Virus record (IMG/VR): IMGVR_UViG_3300021963_000049
Coordinates: 32,001-96,000 of that record
DNA: 64,000 nt
DNA from: a virus
Direction: 5' to 3' (one strand)
Below are positions 20,639 through 29,310 of the stretch, one piece after another; the stretch's first letter is position 1, and each line of letters opens with the position of its first letter. A program made the position numbers and the translations under genes. The notes beneath the pieces were generated by a model. The model worked only from the letters and a program-made list of their open reading frames with translations. It searched no databases and had not been told where the DNA came from.

Positions 20639-20999
20639 TATTCAAATCTTTTCCAATTTCTATACAAGCTTCAATAGCCAAGGCTATTTCATCTTTGCTG
20701 CAGTCTTTAAAAGATTTACACTCTTCCATTCCATCTATGATATAGCATAGTCCAGAATGCTTTTTAACAAGAGTCTTCATCTCTTCAAATGTATAACCAG
20801 ATTCTTTAGCCAATTCTCTAATACAAGCATGCACTTTTGCTAACTGTGCTAGACTATGATCTGAATCAGCTATGTTAATATACATCTCTACTTTCTGACC
20901 TTCTTTAATTTTATCAGAAAATATCTGGTAAGCTACTTTATCTTTAGGATGTTCATATGTAAGCTTACCATTCTTCTTAATTAGTTTTACTGTAACCAT
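20625..20999 (-). CDS. NinB/Orf-like recombination mediator (putative)
   Basis: SLAQLAKVHACIRELAKESGYTFEEMKTLVK and KSFKDCSKDE resemble NinB-family patterns. Confidence 0.55.
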   Translation of the reverse strand: MVTVKLIKKNGKLTYEHPKDKVAYQIFSDKIKEGQKVEMYINIADSDHSLAQLAKVHACIRELAKESGYTFEEMKTLVKKHSGLCYIIDGMEECKSFKDCSKDEIALAIEACIEIGKDLNINLA

Positions 21000-21238
21000 G
21001 TTGTAGTAAGTTGTTTTAACATCTCAATACTCTGCCGGTCTCTAATCCTAGCACCTAACCAGTCAAAGTTTTTTACTTCCCAGTTATTATTATGAGCTAC
21101 ATCATTCTCATTAGAAACTAATACTAACTCATCCATTAATTTTAGCTGGTAATAATAATAGTCATAGCCATTTTGGCTATCTGCATCTAGGACATCAATC
21201 TTTTGAAATCCTAGATCAATTAAATCTTCTTCTGTCAT
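20987..21238 (-). CDS. Hypothetical protein
   Basis: 83 aa with overlapping junctions. Confidence 0.7.
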   Translation of the reverse strand: MTEEDLIDLGFQKIDVLDADSQNGYDYYYYQLKLMDELVLVSNENDVAHNNNWEVKNFDWLGARIRDRQSIEMLKQLTTTWLQ

Positions 21239-21819
21239 TTATTTATTGGTTTTAAAAATATATCCTGAGATAGTATTTTAACTGGATAATCTTTTTGTAT
21301 CTCTGCATACTTAGAGTTATCTTCAGAGTATGCACCAAGTTCTTTTACTCGGGTGCTTCTCAGAGTCTTCATAGCAAGATATACTAAGTTAAAATTGTCT
21401 CTATCTTCTGAATTCAACATGTTCCACATGTTCTCTATCTCTTCAGCTGTTATATAACCAGTTTCTCTTAGTAATTGCATTTCTGCCATTAGTATAAATG
21501 GTTTATATTCTCCAGCTTTAGTTCCTCTTTTATATAGAAACCAGAGATAGTTTAGATTATTATCTACAGTTTTTGTCATCTCAAAATGTTCATCCACAAT
21601 TTCAGATATAAATACCTCAAATCCTTTTAGTTTTTCCATAATCTCATCAATTTTAAATAAGTACATAAGAGTATCCATGTTCATAGAATCATCTTGTACA
21701 TAGTAACCTTTACTTTCTAATTGATTTAAAGCATCTTTTGGATATCCAGGATACATGGGAGTATTCCATGTTTCATAAGGCCTTCTATTGTATACAGACC
21801 TTGTTAAATAGTTTGTCAT
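21235..21819 (-). CDS. Hypothetical protein
   Basis: 194 aa; contains the MWNMLNSEDRDNFNLV motif. Confidence 0.75.
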   Translation of the reverse strand: MTNYLTRSVYNRRPYETWNTPMYPGYPKDALNQLESKGYYVQDDSMNMDTLMYLFKIDEIMEKLKGFEVFISEIVDEHFEMTKTVDNNLNYLWFLYKRGTKAGEYKPFILMAEMQLLRETGYITAEEIENMWNMLNSEDRDNFNLVYLAMKTLRSTRVKELGAYSEDNSKYAEIQKDYPVKILSQDIFLKPINK

Positions 21820-21896
21820 CAGTCTAATTTTTTATATAGACAGGAGATTACTGCTATAAAAATAAAACTGCCAATTTGCTCACATAACTTCTTCAT
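21819..21896 (-). CDS. Membrane micropeptide (25 aa)
   Basis: MKKLCEQIGSFIFIAVISCLYKKLD; TGATG and ATGA coupling to neighbours. Confidence 0.5.
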   Translation of the reverse strand: MKKLCEQIGSFIFIAVISCLYKKLD

Positions 21897-21976
21897 TTTT
21901 CAAAGTAGTTAATTATTATTGCTATTGCAATATAAACAAGAATTGCTGTTCCAATAATTATAAGTGTACCTAACAT
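21893..21976 (-). CDS. Membrane micropeptide (27 aa)
   Basis: MLGTLIIIGTAILVYIAIAIIINYFEK; fills the gap exactly. Confidence 0.55.
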   Translation of the reverse strand: MLGTLIIIGTAILVYIAIAIIINYFEK

Positions 21977-21977
21977 T

Positions 21978-22196
21978 TTATTTATTATTTCTTTGTTTAT
22001 CTTCTTTGTAGCTTATCCAAAAACCTATAGCTACAATTATATTCATACCAAAGGAAGCAATAAATTCATAAATATCCTCATATATGTTAGTCATTAAGTG
22101 AAAATGACCTAACATCCAGAAAGGTATAGATAAGTTTTGACTTACCCATACCACCAGATATTTTATAAAATGTTTCACTGTAAACTTTCTAGGCAC
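21978..22196 (-). CDS. Small membrane protein
   Basis: 72 aa with two hydrophobic segments. Confidence 0.7.
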   Translation of the reverse strand: MPRKFTVKHFIKYLVVWVSQNLSIPFWMLGHFHLMTNIYEDIYEFIASFGMNIIVAIGFWISYKEDKQRNNK

Positions 22197-22591
22197 TTAT
22201 CTGCCCATTTTGTACTCCACCAGCAAAATGCATCACCTAAATACATCTTTACATTTCTAGAAAAATATGTAACTTGTACAGTCTGTCCTGCAAATGTAAC
22301 TGTCTTATCTTCTTTAGTCTCTATAACATCCTTAACTAAGTTAAAAAAGTCTATCATATCTTGTTTAGATGTAAAACTTACTGTCTCATATACACTAATC
22401 TGTTGGTACTGGCAGTCTTTAAATACAATAGAGTAGCTGTATGAAGAATCAGAAGCTATAGACTTATACAAAGAATGAAAACCCATAGAGTGCCTATATA
22501 CTAATTCTGATTCTGGTGTATTTTCTACTGTAATCTGTGCAGATGCATTAATCCCTAATGCTAATACTGCTAAAAATAAAATTTTCTTCAT
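22175..22591 (-). CDS. Secreted/periplasmic protein with signal peptide
   Basis: MKKILFLAVLALGINASAQ, a Bacteroidota-style Sec signal followed by Gln. Confidence 0.75.
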   Translation of the reverse strand: MKKILFLAVLALGINASAQITVENTPESELVYRHSMGFHSLYKSIASDSSYSYSIVFKDCQYQQISVYETVSFTSKQDMIDFFNLVKDVIETKEDKTVTFAGQTVQVTYFSRNVKMYLGDAFCWWSTKWADKCLESLQ

Positions 22592-22621
22592 GTTTTTAAG
22601 TTTAAAAATTAATCACCTTCT

Positions 22622-22885
22622 TCATTGTTTATCCCTTTTTCTCTGTTCTTTTTTTGCTTCTTTATAGTACTGCGTGAACTCTCTTGTAATTTCAGATACC
22701 TTTGCAATCTCTCCTGAATTCTCTGATTCAAATTGCTGTTGTCTATCTTTCTCTTGTTGCTGCTCATATTCTTTCCATTCAAATATTTGTAATTCTTGCA
22801 TTCTTCTTAGATCAGCTATTGTAGCTTCTCCTGGTATATTACCATTTTGCATAATATCCATGTAAAGATCTTTCATTCTTCCCAT
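22622..22885 (-). CDS. Hypothetical protein (MGRMKDLYM...)
   Basis: 87 aa in operon context. Confidence 0.7.
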   Translation of the reverse strand: MGRMKDLYMDIMQNGNIPGEATIADLRRMQELQIFEWKEYEQQQEKDRQQQFESENSGEIAKVSEITREFTQYYKEAKKEQRKRDKQ

Positions 22886-23310
22886 AATTTCAAGCTTTTT
22901 TCTATAAACAATTTGATTGTTTCTCTTATATCTTCATGGCCTAATATAGATCCGGCAGTTTTTAGTTTATTAATCACTTTAATATCAAGATCTAGCTGTA
23001 TACTTCTTATTTTGTTAACAGCTTTAGTCCTTTCTATTACACTAAAATCAAATGGAAAACTAACTGAGTAAACATAAACATTCTTTTTGTACATAGCATC
23101 TTTGTAAAAATCCAAAGCAATAGTCTTATTATGATTAATAGTAAATCTATTTATACCAGTTAAATTAGCAATTTGATGCTCAGACATCATGAATCTATAA
23201 GCTAAAATAGCAATTAGATAACTTCTTTGATCTACAAGTACTCTTTTCCTAGATTTCTTATCTAAAGAAGAAAGTGCTTTTAAGACATCTTCCTTTGTAT
23301 AATCTTCCAT
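22873..23310 (-). CDS. HTH DNA-binding protein (DnaA C-terminal-like)
   Basis: KSRKRVLVDQRSYL...SEHQIANLTGINRFTINH resembles the DnaA domain IV HTH. Confidence 0.55.
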   Translation of the reverse strand: MEDYTKEDVLKALSSLDKKSRKRVLVDQRSYLIAILAYRFMMSEHQIANLTGINRFTINHNKTIALDFYKDAMYKKNVYVYSVSFPFDFSVIERTKAVNKIRSIQLDLDIKVINKLKTAGSILGHEDIRETIKLFIEKSLKLWEE

Positions 23311-23313
23311 ATC

Positions 23314-23490
23314 TTAAATAAAAAATGGGAAAAGCAATCCCTTAATTTCACATACAAATGGAGCTATAATAATAGTGCTTAAGAATCCACTATCTTGAGC
23401 CCATAAATACCAAAAATAAAAAGTGTAAAAGTGAGCAATTATTAGGTAAATAGCAAGACTTACACTTAATAAGTTTAAGTTATTGAACAT
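23314..23490 (-). CDS. Small membrane protein (58 aa)
   Basis: Read by hand: MFNNLNLLSVSLAIYLIIAHFYTFYFWYLWAQ... Confidence 0.6.
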   Translation of the reverse strand: MFNNLNLLSVSLAIYLIIAHFYTFYFWYLWAQDSGFLSTIIIAPFVCEIKGLLFPFFI

Positions 23491-23507
23491 AAATAAATAT
23501 ATTAAGT

Positions 23508-23771
23508 TTATACTAAATCTAATTCTGCTTCTTTAACTTCTTCAGATTCTAAAACCACTTCTTCAAATGGAACAAATCTATCAGCAGAATAGTATTCATA
23601 TGGAAATGAGTCAGGACTTAGTTGTACTTCTTTAAGTAAAAAGCCTAATTTTCCAGGAGTAAGTGCCATATTTACAAACTCTGTAACTGTATACACTTCA
23701 CCTTCTTTTATCCATTCATGTGCTGGAATTCTAGAAGGTTTGTTTTTAGCATCAATGCATATGACTTTCAT
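23508..23771 (-). CDS. Hypothetical protein (MKVICIDA... family)
   Basis: ATG at 23771 preferred over the upstream TTG; WIKEGEVYTV and YSADRF motifs. Confidence 0.7.
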   Translation of the reverse strand: MKVICIDAKNKPSRIPAHEWIKEGEVYTVTEFVNMALTPGKLGFLLKEVQLSPDSFPYEYYSADRFVPFEEVVLESEEVKEAELDLV

Positions 23772-24006
23772 TAATCTCAATTTCAGATATTATACCAAGA
23801 GAGTCTAGAATAGTGCTCATTTCATATACTTCATCAAAGGCACCAGATTTTACATGGCATTTACCATTATGATGTGCTATAGTAGCACATTGTTCAGCTT
23901 GTATTGGATCATGGCCACATTTCCTAATTAAACAAGCTATTATATAATGGAATGAATTCTCATCATCATTATACATTATTAGTTTATATGGTTTATTCTC
24001 TTCCAT
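23752..24006 (-). CDS. clpS: ClpS-family N-degron adaptor
   Basis: KLIMYNDDENSFHYIIACL...QAEQCATIAHHNGKCHVKSG matches the Bacteroidota-type ClpS core. Confidence 0.85.
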   Translation of the reverse strand: MEENKPYKLIMYNDDENSFHYIIACLIRKCGHDPIQAEQCATIAHHNGKCHVKSGAFDEVYEMSTILDSLGIISEIEINESHMH

Positions 24007-24026
24007 ACTCCAATATATAAAAAATT

Positions 24027-25133
24027 CTACATATTATCCAGATTTATATTATAGTCTTTCCAGATAATTTTACTTTGATCAAAGTCTTCAAGAGCTTCTT
24101 TTACCCATTTTTCATCTACTGTACCTACATAACATAGTATATGCACAATAGCTTTGTCATCTGGATTTAACCGGAGCAACCGACCAATTCTCTGAGAACT
24201 TTTTCTCTCATTACCATAAGCATGCATGATGATACCTTGTTTAAGATTAGGAATATTAACACCCTCATTTAACTGCAATACAGCAGAGAGTTTATTAATT
24301 TCTCCATTCTTAAACATCAACAGATTCTCTTCAGAATTAGTATTACCACTATGGTAGCTATGGTTACACAATTTATCAGCCTGAGCCTGTGTATTTGCAA
24401 ACAGAATACACTTTCCTTCTATGCTATTGAACAATATGCGGGCATATTTCTCTTTACTAGGATATTCCATAAGAGCTTTCATTCTCATTATCCTAATAAT
24501 ATGCACACCAGATGTTGCTACATCTAGCCTTCTTGTCCAATAACTATAGTTTAAATACTCAGAAGTCTTAAACTTTTTCTTTTGCATTTCTACTTCATAG
24601 TCTTTAACTTCACTAAGCTGTAGCATATGCACAATAATCTGATAGTCATTTAGTATTCCATTTTCTATAGCATCATCAGCTTTAAATGTATATACTATTG
24701 GACAGAATTCATTTACCAGCTTACCTTTCTCAGAGTGCTTATATTTTGGCGGAGTACCAGTCAATCCTAGTATCACACCTTTGTAATTATATAAAAAACC
24801 TCTGTGGGAGTCAAGCAAGCTGTGCACCTCATCCAGATATATAATATCATAATCATTAGGATTATGCTTATTAAGACTTAGATAAGTTGTAAAAGTAATT
24901 CTACCAAGTAAGTGATGCTTATCAAATTTCTCCGCATCATCTTTCCAAGATTGATAAATTGCTTTCTTTGGAGCAACAACCAGGCATCTCATTAGAGCTG
25001 TGCTATTTTTCTCCAGGTGAGTAAGACCAACTAAAGTTTTACCCACACCGGTTCCAAGAACTACACTGCATCTCTTGTGTCCTTCAGTTGCTTCAATAGC
25101 TTTTAACTGTATTTCATCTTTAGTCATAATCAA
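24027..25133 (-). CDS. SF2 helicase (UvsW/DExH-like)
   Basis: GTGVGKT, LDEVH, GLTGTP, LNEGVNIP, QRIGRLLR. Confidence 0.9.
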   Translation of the reverse strand: MIMTKDEIQLKAIEATEGHKRCSVVLGTGVGKTLVGLTHLEKNSTALMRCLVVAPKKAIYQSWKDDAEKFDKHHLLGRITFTTYLSLNKHNPNDYDIIYLDEVHSLLDSHRGFLYNYKGVILGLTGTPPKYKHSEKGKLVNEFCPIVYTFKADDAIENGILNDYQIIVHMLQLSEVKDYEVEMQKKKFKTSEYLNYSYWTRRLDVATSGVHIIRIMRMKALMEYPSKEKYARILFNSIEGKCILFANTQAQADKLCNHSYHSGNTNSEENLLMFKNGEINKLSAVLQLNEGVNIPNLKQGIIMHAYGNERKSSQRIGRLLRLNPDDKAIVHILCYVGTVDEKWVKEALEDFDQSKIIWKDYNINLDNM

Positions 25134-25541
25134 TTATTTTAACCATCCCATTAATCTAGCATCTCCTGGATTTGCATGAATCCAATCATGGCAGTTCCGG
25201 CATGCTCCTTTCCAAGTACTTTGAACTAAATAAAAAGCATCTCTGTTGGATCCAGCATATGTATGATGTATATCAGTTGCATTATGTGTACAACCTCCTA
25301 CTTTAATCATACATAATGGATTCTCTGTAAGATATCTTTCTCTTAGTTTGCTGTACTCAGCATCTTTCTTTGCTCTTTTAGCAGAAACGCGGGGGATAAC
25401 AGATTGTGTTGGTTTCTGTGTATCATTATCTTTGCTTTTGTGGCAACTCCAGCAGTATTTACAATACAATAATCCCCCGGTTCCACTACTCTTCCATATT
25501 GGTTTTTCTTCACCACATATATCACAAATTTTTACTTTCAT
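25134..25541 (-). CDS. Zinc-finger HNH-type nuclease
   Basis: N-terminal CxxC...CxxC; ATDIHH...CRNCHDWIH. Confidence 0.7.
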   Translation of the reverse strand: MKVKICDICGEEKPIWKSSGTGGLLYCKYCWSCHKSKDNDTQKPTQSVIPRVSAKRAKKDAEYSKLRERYLTENPLCMIKVGGCTHNATDIHHTYAGSNRDAFYLVQSTWKGACRNCHDWIHANPGDARLMGWLK

Positions 25542-25561
25542 ACTTAAACTTTTACTTTAAC

Positions 25562-26431
25562 TCAGAATATGTATCTTATTGTATTCCAAGGTATTATCTT
25601 ATCATGCAATTCTACAAACTGCTTAATATAATCTGCTTTTCTATTATGCTCATACCTAATATTTTTACCTCCATACTGTGATACTTTTCCTTCTTGTATT
25701 TTAGGTACCCATAATAGTTCTTCTCCAGGAAGTTTATGTGCTAGATTATACTTGTGCTTGTCTTCATTATGAGTTAAAAATATTACTTCAGCTTTGACAG
25801 AATTTTGTGGCCAATGATGTATATAACAGTGCTTTCCTATTATATCAAATAAGAACTCATATTCTATTAACCAATTATCATGAACTATTACAGGACTAAA
25901 ATTTAAATGGACATCATAACCTGCATCAAGAAAATCTGAAACAGAACGGAGTCTTTCATCAATAGAAGATGTATTAGGTTCAAGTATCTTTCTCCACCTT
26001 TCAGGCATTATACTAAATCTAATTCTAATTTTACCTTCAGGATTAAACATTAAAAGTTCTGGATTCACATATTTAGTAGCAAATGAACCCATAGCAAGTG
26101 GATGATCCCGGAAGAAAGCAAATATCTTCTCCCATTCATGATACTTAGCATGTAGTGCAAAATCTTCATTACAAGAGATATCATAAGTAATAAACTCCCC
26201 GGTCTGATTAGGCTTCTCTACATCAGCAAACCATACATGTGAATTAATTTCTGTCAGGATGTCCATAGTATTAGATGCTATAGATAGTCCTTCCGGCTTA
26301 TGCCTCTTCATGTAGCAGTAACTACAATTATATAAACACCCATGTCCAAAACTTGGAGAGATAAAATCTGTAGATCTACCAGATGGCCTAATTATCATAG
26401 ACTTCCTAGTAACTTTCTCTACCAGACTCAT
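25562..26431 (-). CDS. Spore photoproduct lyase-family radical SAM enzyme
   Basis: GHGCLYNCSYCY (CX3CX2C), DISCNED, FATKYVN, RIRFS, VHLNFSPVI and EVIFLTH match SplB-like architecture. Confidence 0.82.
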   Translation of the reverse strand: MSLVEKVTRKSMIIRPSGRSTDFISPSFGHGCLYNCSYCYMKRHKPEGLSIASNTMDILTEINSHVWFADVEKPNQTGEFITYDISCNEDFALHAKYHEWEKIFAFFRDHPLAMGSFATKYVNPELLMFNPEGKIRIRFSIMPERWRKILEPNTSSIDERLRSVSDFLDAGYDVHLNFSPVIVHDNWLIEYEFLFDIIGKHCYIHHWPQNSVKAEVIFLTHNEDKHKYNLAHKLPGEELLWVPKIQEGKVSQYGGKNIRYEHNRKADYIKQFVELHDKIIPWNTIRYIF

Positions 26432-26604
26432 TTCTTTAAGTATTTTTTCTCAAACTTTTCCCAGCCTTCAAAATTAGCAATCATCAAGTCTAAAGTAATC
26501 TCTTCTTGATGTTCTGAACACATTCCTATTCCTGCTAGATCTAAGTCAGGTTTATATACTCTATAAGCAGGCTTACCACACTTAATACATGTTTCTTTGC
26601 TCAT
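26428..26604 (-). CDS. Small Zn-binding protein (58 aa)
   Basis: Read by hand: MSKETCIKCGKPA...MCSEH; ATGA overlap with the SPL-like gene. Confidence 0.65.
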   Translation of the reverse strand: MSKETCIKCGKPAYRVYKPDLDLAGIGMCSEHQEEITLDLMIANFEGWEKFEKKYLKK

Positions 26605-26615
26605 TCTATTCTGAT

Positions 26616-26873
26616 TTAAAGTTCATCAAATTGTTTCTGTAACTCATCTAGTTCAACAGTTACTAACTCTATCTCTTTTTCAATAGCTTCCTGCATTATA
26701 CTTTCATTTCTAAAATATAAGTCATCCAGTATATTGTGTGGACCAACTCTGAACTCTAATTTTATTTTTGACAAGTTACAACCTTTAGCATGATGTAGTT
26801 TATTTCTATAAGTATAGAGTGAATTATATTTTTCTTTTAACTCTTTAGCTTTATTAAATATATTGTCTTCCAT
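26616..26873 (-). CDS. Hypothetical protein flanked by 20-bp direct repeats
   Basis: ATG at 26873 (MEDNIF...) directly after the upstream stop. Confidence 0.7.
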   Translation of the reverse strand: MEDNIFNKAKELKEKYNSLYTYRNKLHHAKGCNLSKIKLEFRVGPHNILDDLYFRNESIMQEAIEKEIELVTVELDELQKQFDEL

Positions 26874-26874
26874 T

Positions 26875-27117
26875 CTATTCTGATTTAAAGGTTTTGTTAT
26901 AGTAGTTTTCTGATTCATCATTTTCTTTTAAGAATGGAATAAAATAAGTATCAGAATCTAAATCACCAGCATTGAAAGCATCTCTTATTTGTTCCTTCTC
27001 CATTTCTTTGGCTTGTTCAATTAACTTATTAAATACCAATACATTTTCTAAATTTAACGGTAAATTAGTTTGTAATATAATTTCTTGTTGCAACCATTCT
27101 ACTGCTGTCTGTTTCAT
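26875..27117 (-). CDS. MKQTAVEWL...YYNxTF family protein
   Basis: Paralog of 27114-27347 (TAV.WL, AKE.EKEQI, YYN.TFK). Confidence 0.75.
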   Translation of the reverse strand: MKQTAVEWLQQEIILQTNLPLNLENVLVFNKLIEQAKEMEKEQIRDAFNAGDLDSDTYFIPFLKENDESENYYNKTFKSE

Positions 27118-27347
27118 TGTTCTTGTTGTTTAAAGGTTTCGTTGTAATAATCTTCACCATATCTCCATATACTCAACATAGGACTTACACCCATAGTATA
27201 TGCTTTACATATTTGCTCTTTCTCAATTTCTTTGGCTTTATCCCAACAATTACGATTGTGTTCAAAATCCTTTTCTGAATATGGTTCTGTATTTAGATTT
27301 TCTAATAACCAATCTACTGCTGTTAACTGTTTTTCCATTCCTTCCAT
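27114..27347 (-). CDS. TAVDWL...YYNETF family protein (start may be 27338)
   Basis: Paralog of 26875-27117. Confidence 0.75.
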   Translation of the reverse strand: MEGMEKQLTAVDWLLENLNTEPYSEKDFEHNRNCWDKAKEIEKEQICKAYTMGVSPMLSIWRYGEDYYNETFKQQEQ

Positions 27348-27472
27348 GTATCAAAGTCTTTAAGTTTTTCCATTTGTTCCTGCATCCATTTAGCACCTGC
27401 TATAAACATATTAAATTCATCAGTTGTACTTGCTAATCTTTCAGCAGCTTCTTCTAGTGTTTCTTTTTCCAT
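27323..27472 (-). CDS. Small protein (49 aa, MEKETLEEAAE...FIAGAKW family)
   Basis: Read by hand; fills the gap and shows a recurrent Bacteroidota-phage motif. Confidence 0.65.
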   Translation of the reverse strand: MEKETLEEAAERLASTTDEFNMFIAGAKWMQEQMEKLKDFDTWKEWKNS

Positions 27473-27483
27473 ATCAAATCTTT

Positions 27484-27615
27484 TTAAGTATTGCTTTCAT
27501 CTTCTAATTCTTTAAGTATTCTTTCTATTTTATCAAGTTTACTTTCTAGTATATACCCAACAACACCTACCATTATAATTACCATAATAGCAGATGTATA
27601 TATAGCTCCAATCAT
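27484..27615 (-). CDS. Single-pass membrane peptide (43 aa)
   Basis: MIGAIYTSAIMVIIMVGVVGYILESKLDKIERILKEL... Confidence 0.55.
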   Translation of the reverse strand: MIGAIYTSAIMVIIMVGVVGYILESKLDKIERILKELEDESNT

Positions 27616-27616
27616 A

Positions 27617-27931
27617 TTACTTAGTTTTAGTTAATACTTTATATTTATATCTTCTGTGGTCTCTTTGAGTAGCAGCCCACTCTTCACCACCTTTGTAGTA
27701 TATCATAGTACCACCTCTGGCAGCTCTGTTTGCTAAATCTCTTTCTTTCTTCTTAGGATCCTGTATAAAAGTGATTAGTCTCCTGGATACTTTAAACATC
27801 TTGGCTAGCTTCCTCTGACTCAGCCCTTGTTTAGTCCAGTATAAGACCATCTCTCTTTGACAAGGAAGAAGCTTAACTCTCCTGTCTAAGAATGGAGAAT
27901 CAAGCTTCATTTTATCTGTCTTATAAGGCAT
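27617..27931 (-). CDS. HTH DNA-binding protein
   Basis: GLSQRKLAKMFKVSRRLITFI helix-turn-helix. Confidence 0.75.
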   Translation of the reverse strand: MPYKTDKMKLDSPFLDRRVKLLPCQREMVLYWTKQGLSQRKLAKMFKVSRRLITFIQDPKKKERDLANRAARGGTMIYYKGGEEWAATQRDHRRYKYKVLTKTK

Positions 27932-27933
27932 TG

Positions 27934-28299
27934 TTATTTTACATAGTAATGATACCTATAGCATGTTTCATCATAAATAATAGCAAGGAAAAATCTCCCC
28001 TTATTATCTGATAGAGATACTAAACATTCTTTACCATTCTGATCTGTAGCATTCCATGTAATATTATGTCTTCTATCCATCAACTCTGATGTTAATGTAT
28101 AGGTATTTAGATTAGAGTATATCTTACCCTGCTCTATTTTGAACACTTCATAACTAAATGCAGGTTCCGGATCATATTTCCAGGCTTTTTTCTTTGCTTG
28201 CCAGTGACCAGTCTCCATTAAATAAGTCTTTAATGTGTCTTGTGAATGTGTTACTAATGCTCCCAGCACAAATAACACTGATAATACAGTTGTCTTCAT
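27934..28299 (-). CDS. Secreted protein with signal peptide
   Basis: MKTTVLSVLFVLGALVTHSQ signal sequence. Confidence 0.7.
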   Translation of the reverse strand: MKTTVLSVLFVLGALVTHSQDTLKTYLMETGHWQAKKKAWKYDPEPAFSYEVFKIEQGKIYSNLNTYTLTSELMDRRHNITWNATDQNGKECLVSLSDNKGRFFLAIIYDETCYRYHYYVK

Positions 28300-28312
28300 A
28301 AATTAAAAATTA

Positions 28313-28337
28313 AAGGCTCCCTATTACAGGAGCCTGG
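28313..28337 (-). terminator. Intrinsic terminator
   Basis: AGGCTCC/GGAGCCT stem with A-rich left flank. Confidence 0.55.
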
Positions 28338-28344
28338 TTATTAC

Positions 28345-28569
28345 TTAGTCTTCAAGAAATTCTATCATACTTGGTGCACCAGTTAATTTCTTATACATTA
28401 ATTGCACTTTAGCAGCATTTACAGCTCCATTATATGATTTTAAAGCTAATTCTGCTGCTTTAAGATCATTTGTTTCTTCATATACACTTGCTGTAGAATC
28501 AGCAATATTTAATAACTGTGTTCTAACTTCACTAATTGTTTGTGTTTTTAGCTTCTTTACTCTTGACAT
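28345..28569 (-). CDS. Hypothetical protein
   Basis: 74 aa, overlapping the upstream zinc-finger gene. Confidence 0.7.
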   Translation of the reverse strand: MSRVKKLKTQTISEVRTQLLNIADSTASVYEETNDLKAAELALKSYNGAVNAAKVQLMYKKLTGAPSMIEFLED

Positions 28570-29308
28570 ACCTATAAAATTTAAGTTGTTTTCTTTTTAA
28601 TTCTAATATTTCTTGTGGAACATCTTCCAATTTAAAACCTAATCTGTTAGCAATAAATCCATCATTCATATGTTCAGATTGCATTTTAAGGACTACAGAT
28701 TTTGGTAATTTATCCACATTCTTATACTCTTCTGGATAATCATACTTTCTATTAGCTTTAGTTTTTTCTAACCATCTTTTTTTCCATTCTTCTTGATAAG
28801 TCTCAAGATCATAACCTTTAGCAAATACTTTTATGTATTTAGCTTTTTCTTTTTTAGTAGAACCTTCAGGATAATTATACTTTAGATTTTTCTTACCAGC
28901 TGTTAGTTTATTATTCATTTTAATAGCTTTCAGTTCTTCTTCAGTAGAAACTCCATATTTAATCATAAGCTTTTTATCTTTTCTTTGCATTGTCATTAGA
29001 CCATTGCACTTTTTGCAAACATGTCTAAAACTAATAGAATCAGCAGATAAAGGCTTACCCTTAACAATAGTTCCCTTTTTAGTAACTTTTTTATAAAAGT
29101 ATTCCCCAGTTAAAGGGAATACTTCTTTGCAGTTACTACAGGCTTTCTCAGTTTTCTTTGGTACTAAAACTACTCTACTATTTGCATATGCCCGAGAGCA
29201 GGTTATACACATAGATCTCAAACCATATTTACCTCTTTTTTGAACATGAAAATTATTTCTTGTAGCAGGTAAATTAGTATTACACTTGGTACAAACTTTA
29301 TAATTCAT
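28532..29308 (-). CDS. Basic protein with two homing-endonuclease-type zinc-finger repeats
   Basis: KVCTKC...MCITC and KACSNC...VCKKC; no HNH catalytic motif seen. Confidence 0.7.
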   Translation of the reverse strand: MNYKVCTKCNTNLPATRNNFHVQKRGKYGLRSMCITCSRAYANSRVVLVPKKTEKACSNCKEVFPLTGEYFYKKVTKKGTIVKGKPLSADSISFRHVCKKCNGLMTMQRKDKKLMIKYGVSTEEELKAIKMNNKLTAGKKNLKYNYPEGSTKKEKAKYIKVFAKGYDLETYQEEWKKRWLEKTKANRKYDYPEEYKNVDKLPKSVVLKMQSEHMNDGFIANRLGFKLEDVPQEILELKRKQLKFYRYVKSKEAKNTNN

Positions 29309-29310
29309 AA

